The notes below the pieces were generated by a model that was not told the origin of the DNA, searched no databases, and saw nothing but the letters and a program-made list of their open reading frames with translations. Of a DNA stretch of 64,000 nucleotides, positions 53,086 through 64,000 are shown piece after piece. The first letter of the stretch is position 1. Each line of letters opens with the position of its first letter. The translations under genes and the position numbers were made by a program. Source of the DNA: Octopus sinensis (taxonomy: Eukaryota); NCBI RefSeq assembly GCF_006345805.1, contig NC_043007.1, positions 72,664,001 through 72,728,000 on the forward strand. The letters run 5' to 3'.

Positions 53086-54004
53086 CTCAGAAAAACAGAT
53101 AATAGTGATATGAAAAAAAAAAGCACTTATAATCTGGAAATAGGTGAGTGTTTGAATATTATTGATAAATGAAGGATTGGCTTCTGATGTGGGTTTCTTT
53201 TTTCTGCTATATTTAGGTCTTTAGGGATGAGAATACTGTCCTAGATTTCGAAGCAGTAATTAAGTGTAAAACAAACTTGTACTTTGTGTAGTGTTAGCAT
53301 CTGGTTGGAGAGTATTTTCTGACAGCGAAAAGAAAATCCAGTAATAATTGTCCGTCTGTCTGTGAGATGGAATTGAAATGTGATAAGATATTCTACGTAG
53401 TACTGTTGAAATTAGTACTCATTGAAAGATAAGTTTATCTTACTAAATTCCAATTTGATGAAATAAATTATTGTTGAGAGAGATTATAGCTGAATATGAG
53501 ATAATTTTATTGCTTTATCTTCATTTATTTGAAACACGACTAACAAGTCAGTGTTTATCACAAATACCTTAAACTAAAGTATATCTAAATGTAGTTGGAC
53601 TTGAAGTAGCTGTAATCTTACAACATTCACCAGTTCTTTGAAGACAAAGAAATTTGAGTAGTTGTTGTGGAACTGTTTTTGTTTTTGTTTTATTTGCAAC
53701 AACTAGATTAATGTTGAACTAGACAAGCATACTTGTTTATTCTAACTTCTGAGTATGTTCCTACAACAATCATTGGTGGAATATCCACTAGCAAACTAAA
53801 AGCTTGCTTGGGCTGAATTCTTCAGCAAGTCACTATCACAACAATCACTAACGGAACTCTCTTCACTGGAACTGGAGTTTGGTTTCCTGTGGAAGTGCCT
53901 GCGTAATTGTAATGCAAACGGGATCTAATTGCATGGAGTGATTCCTCTTAAAAACGTGGCTCTCCTCTTAATTTACTGGCAACTTTCTCTAAGGGACGGG
54001 CATA

Positions 54005-54350
54005 GCAGAGTGGCAAGAAGTTTGCTTCTCAACCACATAGTTCTGGTTCAGACCCAATGTGTGGCTCCTTGGGCAAGTTTCTTCTACTATTGTCTCAGGT
54101 TGACCAAAGCCTTGTGAGTGGATTTAGTAGATGGAAACTGAAAGAAGCCCATCATGTATCTATATGTGTGTATGTATCTCTATGTCTGTGGTGGTGTGTT
54201 TACATCTCTGTAACTTAGTGGTTCAGCAAAAGAGGCCGATAGAATAAGTACTAGACTTAAAAAGTTTTAGGATCAATTTATTTGAGTAAAACCTTTCAAG
54301 GTGGTGCTCCAGATGGCCACAGTCAAATGACTAAAACAACTAAAAAGGTT
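54005..54350 (+). mobile_element. SINE family A, diverged
   Basis: Head, core and tail recognisable. Confidence 0.8.
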
Positions 54351-54989
54351 AAAAAAAAAGGTGGGAACAAAGGTTAAGTGTTATTGTTGTCCAAGGCGTA
54401 CCATTCAGATATTTTTCCTTAATTTATGGAATTGATATAGTTTCAACAGTATTATTGTTCACCAAAAAGGTTAAAGCATCTTAGGATCTGCAGTCTGAGT
54501 AGATTGCAGCTGGAGAAATAAACATGATGAATATATTTTAAAGAAGGAGCTTTTACATAAATGGAGTATTCCTCTTTAATCATCATCAAGTAGCAGTAAG
54601 AATTTGATGATATTTGAAGTCAGCACTGAGATACTCAGTTGATTGAGAGGGCTTGATAAGATGACTGTGAAAACGATGGTAAAATCGTGGTTTCATGTTT
54701 GAGTATGTAATACACTCAACAGAAGTTTGCCTCTTAACATCTTTCAAAGAATATGATAGGTTCTTAGAAAATGTCGTAGTGCTACAGTTGTGTCTTGCTA
54801 TGATGACATAAAGCTCATTTAAATGTGTCATTTCATATATTGTAGAAGACCATCTACTAACATCAGCAGCAACTGTGATACTGCTACATGTTATGTGGTA
54901 GAGGTCATAATTTTATTACTCTAAAATTGACTTCTTCCTATTCATATTTACTGAAGCTGCAGATCGGATCTGACTATTGGCACATAGTT

Positions 54990-55392
54990 TACTCTTTTAC
55001 TCTTTTACTTGTTTCAGTCATTTGACTGCGGCCATGCTGGAGCACCACCTTTAGTCGAGCAACTCGACACCGGGACTTATTCTTTTGTAAGCCCAGTACT
55101 TATTCTATCGGTCTCTTTTGCCGAACCGCTAAGTAACGGGGACATAAACACACCAGCATCGGTTGTCAAGCAATGCTAGGGGGACAAACACAGACACACA
55201 AACACACACATGCATATATATACATATATACGACGGGCTTCTTTCAGTTTCCGTCTACCAAATACACTCACAAGGCTTTGGTCGGCCTGAGGCTATAGTA
55301 GAAGACACTTGCCGAAGGTGCCATGCAGTGGGAATGAACCCGGAACCATGTGGTTGGTAAACAAGCTACTTACCACACAGCCACTCCTGCGC
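54990..55392 (-). mobile_element. SINE family A, full length
   Basis: Reverse complement of 13499-13918. Confidence 0.88.
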
Positions 55393-55899
55393 CAACTTTC
55401 ACCCCAAATTGTTATCTATGTACCAACAAGGAATCTTCTTATTCTTATCTTCTACTTCTATAACTAAATATAAGATTGTTTGTAAGTTAGTGTATAATGT
55501 AAATAGTCTCAATGTAAAAAGTTCACCGTTTCAGGACACTTTCTCTGACAGCGATTGCTTCTTTACAAAAGTGATAAGAGATTTTGTTCAGTGAGGAAAA
55601 AAGTCTTGGACTGGAAAGTGACACATTTATTTCGCTGTGAAAGAACACTTGCACTTGTAGTCCATGGAGCATCTGTTTCAATGTGTTGTGGACCTTCATA
55701 TAAGGTAGATGAGAAAAGCATGTTTTTTTGAATAGTTCGTAATTTTTGCAATGGAAATCTATGACTTGACAGGATAACCACGTACATCCTCTACAGTAAG
55801 ACACCTATTTCTGCTTCTGTCACAGTCTAAGCTTTCATCATCTGTCACAAGATAACCTCCTTCAGTGCCTCCTCCCCTCTCAAAGGATCTTTGTCTTGC

Positions 55900-56195
55900 A
55901 AGTTACTTGGTGGCCCTGCCAGTGCTAGTGCCATGTAAAATGCTGTAAAATAGTTGGCATTTGAAAGGGCATCCAGCTGTAAAAAGTTCAATGCCAAAAC
56001 TGACTTACCTGTGCTTGTGCCACATAAAAAGCACTTAGTCTACTCTGCAGAGTGGTTAGTGTTAGGAAGGGCATCCTGCCGTAAAAAAATCATGCCAAAA
56101 CAGACTCTGGAAGCCTGGTGTTTTCTGCCTAGCCAGCTCCTGTCAAACCATCCAACTCATGCCAGCATGGGAAGTGGACATTAAATGATGATAAT
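55900..56195 (+). mobile_element. RTE LINE 3' UTR fragment
   Basis: aagggcatcc..ctgt...aacc.atgccagcatgg, with a (GAT)n end. Confidence 0.65.
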
Positions 56196-56448
56196 GATAG
56201 AAAAAGTAGCAATTAAACAAACCAAGATGTTATTGTAATTGCTTGGCATTGCAAATAATTTGGTAATCAGCAAGGAATTCAATACTTCCAGATTAGGTTG
56301 GAGAGTTAAATTCTCTTGGTGTCTTAGATAACAAAACAAAACAAAACAAAACAAAACAACAGGTTTTGTATTAGTTCTATTTTCAAAAATCAATGAATAT
56401 ATTTCACTTGAAATATATATATTTTCAAAGGCTGATAGGCATTGACAG

Positions 56449-56523
56449 CTAGCAAGCCATGCTACTCCAGACTGATGATGAGCAATAACTCTGAAACTAG
56501 TCTCTGGGTGCTGGCTTTGCTGG
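56449..56523 (+). ncRNA. Type I hammerhead ribozyme motif with extended stem I
   Basis: UCCAGA-CUGAUGA-U-GAG(CAAUAA)CUC-U-GAAA-CUAG-UC^-UCUGGG. Stem III palindrome ACUAGU, GUC site at 56500-56502; the flanks pair for ~20 bp with bulges. Confidence 0.7.
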
Positions 56524-56839
56524 GTGGAGGTGCTTAACTCCCCCTTTGAAAATATAAGGACACAGGAAATGTGTCAAGTCCAACGAGAAACGGTGTTTCC
56601 TAACAGTAGCATTCTTCCCTTTTATGGGACTGAACATTAAGTTGACAACATGCTATCACTTTAAAACAACTAGGTGTTTGGAAGAAACGACATTTGTCAT
56701 TGTTCAATGCAACATTGTTGAATGTAATATTAAATGAGATAAACTGAACCAAGTTCCTATTGTGCTCCTCAATAGCTTTTGAGATTGATGTGAATGCCTT
56801 TGATAACTGCCAGTAATTATAGCATTGGTGTGACTTATA

Positions 56840-57230
56840 CCAGCAAAGCTATAATTACTAGACTTGATTAAGCAGCCATCAACTTTAAATGTAGTGCATC
56901 TCTTACTGTGACTGTGCAGTGGTATCTGGTATGCTGCTTTCAGATTCATTTGGCTGTAGAATTTATAGTAGGAAAGAAGATGCATAAGATCTCCAATACT
57001 GGAAAGCAGTGGCAAGTCAATAACAAGACATTTACCTCTGTTTCCTACTGTTTATCAGCACTGTATTCCATGGAGAAGTTGATGACTCAATAATACCATC
57101 ATCAAGAAGCAATTTAATCACTTTCTGAAATATTTTATCAAATGGAGATAAGTGACATGATTTAGTGACTGTTGGTTTGAATAGAGGTGAGAAAATATGC
57201 ATAGAGTTAGGGAAGGTACCAGTAGAGGAA
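56840..57230 (-). mobile_element. Decayed Ty3/Gypsy reverse transcriptase remnant
   Basis: KLLLDDGIIESSTSPW and FYSQMNLKAAYQIPLH resemble Gypsy RT N-terminal motifs. Confidence 0.55.
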
Positions 57231-57281
57231 CAAGTCAAGCATTAGTAAAAAGATTTTAATGGTCCTTTGAGTGTCAGTATT

Positions 57282-57695
57282 ATACTCTTTTACTTGTTTC
57301 AGTCATTTGACTGCGGCCATGCTGGAGCACCACCTTTTTTAAATCGAGCAACTCGACCCTGGGACTTATTCTTTTGTAAGCCCAGTACTTATTCTATCGG
57401 TCTCTTTTCCGAACCGCTAAGTAATGGGGACATAAACACACCAGCAGCGGTTGTCAAGCAATGCTAGGGGAACAAACACAGACACACAAACACCCACACG
57501 CATATATATATATATATTTATATATACATATATACAACGGGCTTCTTTCAGCTTCCGTCTACCAAATCCACTCACAAGGCTTTGGTCGGCCCGAGGCTAT
57601 AGTAGAAGACACTTGCCCAAGGTGCCACGCAGTGGGACTGAACCCAGAACCATGTGATTTGTAAACAAGCTACTTACCACACAACCACTCCTGCG
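57282..57695 (-). mobile_element. SINE family A, full length
   Basis: Reverse complement of the family A consensus. Confidence 0.88.
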
Positions 57696-58533
57696 CCTAT
57701 GGTTATGTTGTTTAAGAAAGTCATGTAGAATTATTGAAGAACATGAGTTAAGCAAAACCTTTTCACATAAAGAACCATATTAAGTGTTTGAAATGCAGGA
57801 TGATAAAGAAATGAGCCTATTTCAGTCAAGTTGCCAGGTCATATCAAAAACTTTACCAAGAGGCTGGAAGTGATTGTTCTTGCAAGTATCTTCATGTATG
57901 AAATGGGAAAAACTATCTACATAATTAAAACATCAGTATGTTGGTTAGCAATATATACACTGATAACATTTTTCTCCATTTCCTGATGTGCTACTAGTGT
58001 AGTGTGGATTGCAGATGCAAGTAGAAATATTAGGGAACACTTTTGAAAGTAGCATGATGTCAGGAAGATGTTTATTGCTAATAGAGCTGGACTGTATTTT
58101 TGTTGTGGTTCAAGATAAGTATTTGAGAAAGTAAGGTTTACTCATAAACCTCTACTTTTCTCTTAACAGCTTCCAGAGACAGCAACACTTGAGTAATAGA
58201 GCTACTGGATTCTAATCCATTATACATGTATTTGATAAAATAAGAGTCCACTGGAGATTAGGATGGGAGGATGGCATATGTGGAGATAATTTTTCTTATT
58301 AAGGAATATAGATGGCTTAAAATGTGAGTGGTTTGAATATTTTGTGTAGGAATTAGGAATTCTATTCAGAGTATCCATCGAAAATTAGTGATTCAGGGGG
58401 AAATATTTCCAAAGCTGTCAGAGGTTCGTTATTTTTTTGGGGGGGGGGCTTCTGGTTCAGGTAGTAAATGTTTCATTTTCAAGTAATATCGTGTAAGTTT
58501 TTATTTTATTTTGTCTTAAATTTTGTTTTATAG

Positions 58534-58683
58534 AGCTTGGTTCATCATGCTCAGAAGTGATAGCAACTGCAACTCCTTCGACAAGTGCACCTCCAACCCC
58601 CGAAAAATTAACCATTTTCCTTGCTGTTGTTGGAGCTATGGTTGGTCTGCTACTCCTAGGTCTCACTCTTTATTGTTTAAAGC
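58534..58683 (+). CDS. IL17R-like stalk and transmembrane exon (LGSSCSEVIATATPSTSAPPTPEKLTIFLAVVGAMVGLLLLGLTLYCLK)
   Basis: ttttatag acceptor, GTAAGT donor, 150 nt, phase 1-1; S/T/P stalk, then a ~22-residue hydrophobic helix and a basic stop-transfer residue. Confidence 0.85.
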
Positions 58684-58881
58684 GTAAGTATGCAATTCTT
58701 CTTCAAACATATAATGAATCAGAATCACTTAAATTTATTTATATATATATATATTAGAAAAAAAAAACACCTTTCATCAATTCAATAATGAAAAATTAAA
58801 TTATACCATCTAGAAAATTATAGAAAGATTTAGTATTTCTAAATTGAATTTTCCCTGTAAGTTTGGAATAATATTCTCTCA

Positions 58882-58938
<57 letters not shown>

Positions 58939-59109
58939 TATTGATGGCTTAGCAGGCCAAAACTTTGAAGTCACTGTCAATACTATTCTTATTAAAGAAT
59001 AATAAATATATACTCCATGTAAACTATTAAACAATTCTTTAGTTTAATGTGAAATTGCTTTATTATATTGTTATATTTTGGGATGGTCTCTTTTTTTAAC
59101 TAAATAACC

Positions 59110-59660
59110 ACATACACTATATACTTGTTCTTAACTTAGCTTTATTAATGTTTGTTGATGCTACTCCAAGTGGTGAACTAGCATACCTTTCAGGAAAACC
59201 TTAGATAAAATGAATCTATGGATTAAAGTTGTAGAAAAGCCAGGAACCTCCATAAAATTCCTGAACTGTAGAACGTATCCGTTCAAAAGGATTCCATGTA
59301 CGTATAACAGCTATATAGTATGTAGGATGAACCCACAGGTTAACTGTAAGATTAGGAATGTAGACTGTAGAATAAGGTGTGCTGAGGGACAGTGCAGAAA
59401 CAAGACAATAACATATATTGCAGAGACAGCATGTAGCATAGGGGAGGAAATAGGTGAGTACTGGTGAGAGCTTAAGGAGGACAAAAGCCTGTCAGTGCTC
59501 TATGAACATGCTCAATTAGAACATAGAGACTTGGTTAATAACATAGATGTTCATATATTATCAACCCATAGATAGACATGGCACTTAGGTTACAGAGGCC
59601 ACACACATAGTTGTAGACAGACTGAGCCTTAACAGAAAACAAGTGGAACACCCCTTGACC
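59110..59660 (+). mobile_element. Decayed Penelope-like C-terminal (GIY-YIG) region of another lineage
   Basis: LMFVDATPSGEL, IKVVEKPGTSIK, Cys-rich C..C...NC..C, TYIAETA and SVLYEH. Confidence 0.55.
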
Positions 59661-59754
59661 ACACTATGCAACATGATGGCTAAAGACGGAACAAAAGAAG
59701 AGGAAAAACAAGAAACACAGATACAATCAGTATAATACGTAAACCCAATTCAAA

Positions 59755-60796
59755 TAGCTGGTCCCTCTGTTGGGTCGACATTTAGCAGACTTTTCATAGT
59801 GGTGTCTCTAAGTCTCTCTTTGCAGCATCATTAGATGCAAGTGAGCCATCATACAGACACATTTCTCTCCTATGGCATCCTGATTCTCTCTCACACACTG
59901 TCTTGCAATTCAAAACACTTCTCTGGTCCCCATGATGCAAACATTGGCAAATTTTTTTCTTATCTGTTTCCCTTCTGGCTAAGTAAACCTGTCTCCTAGC
60001 TTTCCTTCTGGTGATCTGATACAGTTCCCTGCTACCATCACTTTGCTAGTCCTTCCATGCCTGTTTCTTTTCCCTAATGGCCCTGTCAACTACATTGTTC
60101 CACTACTACGTTACCTTAGGTCAAAAAAGACTTTACACTAATCACAGATTTGGTCAGTAACTCTCAACAGGTTGTCCTGTAGGAACCTCCATTTGTCCTC
60201 CACATTATATGATGCTATATCCTCCTTTTTTTCATCAAAAGCTTCAAGTAATACGTCTCTAAATCTCTGACCATTCCAAAGATCTTAAGCTTTTAGACCC
60301 TTCTTTTCCATGCTGGTCATCTTCTGGGCAGCCATTTAGCCCTGATCTTGAAGTTGCTAACTACTAACCTATGTTGTGGGATGTATTCTTCATTTGGGTA
60401 AGTTTTAGTATTTATAAGTAGCTATCTTTTCCGTTTCCTGGCAAGAATGTAGTCAATCTGACTAATGTGTCCACCAGACTGGTAGGTGAACAGGTGACTG
60501 GCAGGTTTCCTGAAGTTAGTATTACAGATCATAAGATCCTTTGCATCACAGAATTTCAGCAGCCTGGTTTCCTCCTCACTGCAGGTACCAAATCCATTGC
60601 CACCATGTACACCTTTGAAGCTCCCTGGATGTTGTCCAACATGCTCACTGGAGTTGCCAGTCACAAAGAGAAGATCCCTGTCATTCTTCAATGAGGTAGT
60701 CTGCAAGAGGATGTCATAAAATCGGTCTTTCTGTTTATTAGGTAGCCCTGGTTGTGGGGCATAGGCCGAGATAATGGTTGCTAATCCACATTGCAG

Positions 60797-60800
<4 letters not shown>
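59755..60800 (-). mobile_element. Decayed RTE LINE (APE region)
   Basis: ATIISAYAPQPGL, CNTNFRKPASHL and SQIDYILARK. Confidence 0.85.
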
Positions 60801-60838
<38 letters not shown>

Positions 60839-60840
<2 letters not shown>

Positions 60841-62645
60841 AACCGGCGGACAAAGGCGGGGCAGTGGTAGTGTGGCGCGCGGACCTATACAGGGAGGAAG
60901 CGCTCAGCCAGCTTCAAAATCCCCTCTTCTATCGCCTCCTCCCCTCCGATCCCACCTCCTCCTACCAACAGTGAGTGTCCTCCACCATCCGCGACCTCAT
61001 CTCCTCCTCTGCTCTTCCCCTCACCGCCACCAACCTCATCGTCCGCACACCCTGCACCTCCACCATCTACTTCCTTCCCAAGATCCATAAAACCTCTAAT
61101 CCTGGCCGTCCCATAGTCTCTGCCTGTAATTGCCCCACTGAATACATTTCCCTATACCTCGACCGCATCCTGTCCCCCTTAGTCGCAGCCCTCCCATCCC
61201 ACATACACGACACCAACCACGCCCTCCATCTCTTCAATTCCTTTTCCTTCCCTTCCAGCCCCTCACACCTCCTCTTCACATTAGATGTAAAATCCCTGTA
61301 CACTGTGATTCCCCACAATGACGGTCTCCTAGCCCTCCAACACTTCCTCGACCGTCGTCCCGACCCCACCCCTAGCACCCCCACCCTTCTCCGCTTGGCT
61401 GAGCTCGTCCTCACCCTCAACTGCTTCACGTTCGCCGGGGAAATGTACCAACAGATGTCCGGGGTCGCGATGGGTACTAGGATGGGCCCCAATTTCGCCA
61501 ATCTCTTTCTTGGCTACATTGAGGCCCAAGTATTCTCCCAGTTCTCTGGGCCGACCCCCGAACTATACGGTCGCTATATAGACGACTGCATAGGTGCCAC
61601 CTTCCTTTCCTGTGAACTTCTCGGCCAATTCATCTCTTTCCTTTCCAACTTTCACCCCTCTCTTCAATTCACCTCCACCATCTCCAACACCTCTGTCAAC
61701 TTCCTTGACATCTCTCTCCGAATCGACCACCCCTCCAACTCTCTCACCACCACCGCCTTCTTTAAACCTACGGACTCCCACCTCTATCTCAACTTCTCCT
61801 CCTCCCACCCCTTCCACACCAAACGAGCCATCCCCTACTCCCAGTTCCTCCGCCTCCGACGTTTGTGCAGCCGCGACCAGGATTTCGAGACCCAATCTCA
61901 ATACCTGGCCCGCCTGTTCAGACTCCGAGGGTACCCACCTATACTCATCTCTAATGCCCTCACCCACGCCCGTCGCATCAACTGCACCACCCACCCCCTG
62001 TCTCCTTCCCCACCCACCCCCAACCGCACCCCCTTCCCCCTCCTTTTCCACCCCTCGACCCTACCCCTTCGTCGCAAGATACTACGTGCCTTCCGTCGCC
62101 TCCAGCTTGATCCCACAACCCGCCCCATTTTCCCTAACCCACCCCTGTCCTCCTTCAAACGAGCCCGTAATCTACGTGACCTCCTGGTCCACAGCACCCT
62201 CTCTCCTTCCCCCTCAGCCCCACACGGATCATTCCCTTGCTCTAGATCCCGCTGCAACACTTGCCCCTTCATCACCAACACCACTGCTGTCACTGGCTCC
62301 AACCGGCGAACTGTACGTATTAGGCACTCCTTTACGTGCACCTCGTCTGGCCTCATTTACTGCATTAAATGCAACCTATGCGGGATGCTGTATGTAGGAC
62401 AGACGGGACGCCGGTTGTCCGACCGTTTCACAGAACATTTGAGGGATGTTCGCCTACACTCTTTTTCTCCCGTCGCATGCCACTTCCGCTCGGCCAGCCA
62501 TTCCCTAGATGACATCTCGGTGTTTGGTCTCGCCCCCCACAATGGTCGTCCACTTTCTAGGCTCCACTTGGAGCAACGCTACATCTCCACCCTACAAACT
62601 ACTACCCCACACGGACTTAACAGGTTTTTTTTTTTTTCCGGATAA
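60839..62645 (+). mobile_element. Penelope-like element: RT and GIY-YIG endonuclease, 5'-truncated, one early stop
   Basis: IKPADKGGAVVV, then TGA at 60972, then an open 556-codon frame with YFLPKIHK, LDVKSLYTVIPH, GVAMGTRMGPNFANL, RYIDD, LIYCIKC...YVGQTGRRLSDRFTEH and HGLN. Confidence 0.93.
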
Positions 62646-62649
62646 ACAC

Positions 62650-64000
62650 CCCCCACACACACCTACCTACATCCCACACGCCTGTTCACACACACACATA
62701 CGGATACACATCTACGTACACACATTCACACATTTAATCACACATACTTATAGACATACATGCACACACTAACATACAAACCAACATGCACATAAATACA
62801 CACATACATACATACACACACACATACATATTTACACACACACACACACACACACAGACATACATACACACACACATACACACATACATACGCACATACA
62901 TACACACACCACACACACACACATCGCACATACATACTTCACACACCTATACTTACATACACACACACACATGCACACATACATGTACGCACACACACAT
63001 ACATACACACATACCCACACATGCACACCTTTACACGAATGCACACACACATACACCTATTTGCACCCAGGCAAACCCCCCCTCTTTTCTGCTTCTGGTT
63101 TTGGTTGTTGGTTCCTCGGTTCCTGTGCAGCGGGTCGTTCGGGGGCCCCCGCGCGCGCACGCTTTAGCGCGTGCAGGGCGTTGGTCGGCCCCATGGGCTT
63201 GCGTTGTATTGTTTGTGTGTTGCGTTTGTGAGCATGCTTCGTGTGTGTGGGCGTGCTTCGGGTGTGTGCGTGCGTATGTATACATACATAACCACACACA
63301 CGCATGCATCCCTACCCACATACATACACGCACACCTACTCACACACACACTTACACACACACATACACACACACACACACATACCCGCACACACACACA
63401 CATACATACATACATACATACACATACCTACTTCAGACATACACATACACACCTACACTCACACTCACACGCATACACACACACACACATACACACGCAC
63501 ACATACACACACACACCTACATACATACATTACACTTGTACACACACACACATTCATACACACACACACCTACACAGCCATACCGTCACTCATACATACA
63601 CACATACCTACACACACACACAAACACTCACAGACACACACCCATACATACATACACCTATACACACACGCCTACACACATACATACAACACATACATAA
63701 ACACACACACATACATACGCACACACACATATACTTACACACATGCACACACACATACATACATACATACATACACCCACACACATACACATACTTACAT
63801 ACTCCTATACGCACATACATACACACAGACATACACACATACACACTCACACATACATACACACACACATACTTACACACACACTCGCCTGCACGCACAC
63901 ACACACGCATGACTAACACCCATACACTCACACTCACATACACACACACCAACATATACACGCACACACACACCTACACTCCCACACACATACATATGCA
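62650..64000. repeat. Degenerate (CA)n/(CATA)n microsatellite with a GC-rich island at ~63060-63280
   Basis: Seen directly. Confidence 0.93.

Larger units (their letters stand above)
27371..58683 (+). other. Span of an IL-17 receptor-like gene (ectodomain and TM exons; 3' part not in view)
   Basis: Eight GT-AG exons with compatible phases join into a ~302-codon stop-free frame. It has IL17R-like motifs (VW..LKGFKIEY..C, F..YPV...Y.V.LYSLP, W.T.I..., C.C....C...C.RT), N-glycosylation sequons and a single TM helix. Confidence 0.75.

Noticed and set aside
61067-62542. Long antisense and alternative-frame ORFs (144-267 aa) over the Penelope element
   Set aside because: A by-product of the GC-rich, C-skewed codon usage of the sense ORF; no motifs.

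Overview
Repeat-dense eukaryotic DNA, most likely from an octopod cephalopod. That is inferred from the SINE families, abundant RTE, CR1 and Penelope retroelements and huge (TA)n/(CA)n tracts. The only host gene I can support is a + strand multi-exon gene for a type I membrane protein resembling an interleukin-17 receptor. Eight in-phase GT-AG exons (27371-58683) encode a signal-like N-terminus, an IL17R-type two-FN3-like ectodomain, a Ser/Thr/Pro stalk and a transmembrane helix; the cytoplasmic part (SEFIR expected) lies beyond what I can see. The rest is transposon-derived: CR1-like and RTE LINE fragments, an RLE-type LINE end, a near-intact Penelope-like element plus decayed ones, five Tc1/mariner/pogo elements with both TIRs, Helitron remnants, a MITE, a Gypsy RT remnant and about 15 tRNA-derived SINEs. 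The most notable structure not explained by ORFs is a set of four type I hammerhead-ribozyme motifs with palindromic stem III (4863, 22256, 24767, 56449), two of them embedded in long inverted repeats, plus a 111-nt pre-miRNA-like hairpin at 8278-8388. All calls were made by eye, without alignments or folding software.
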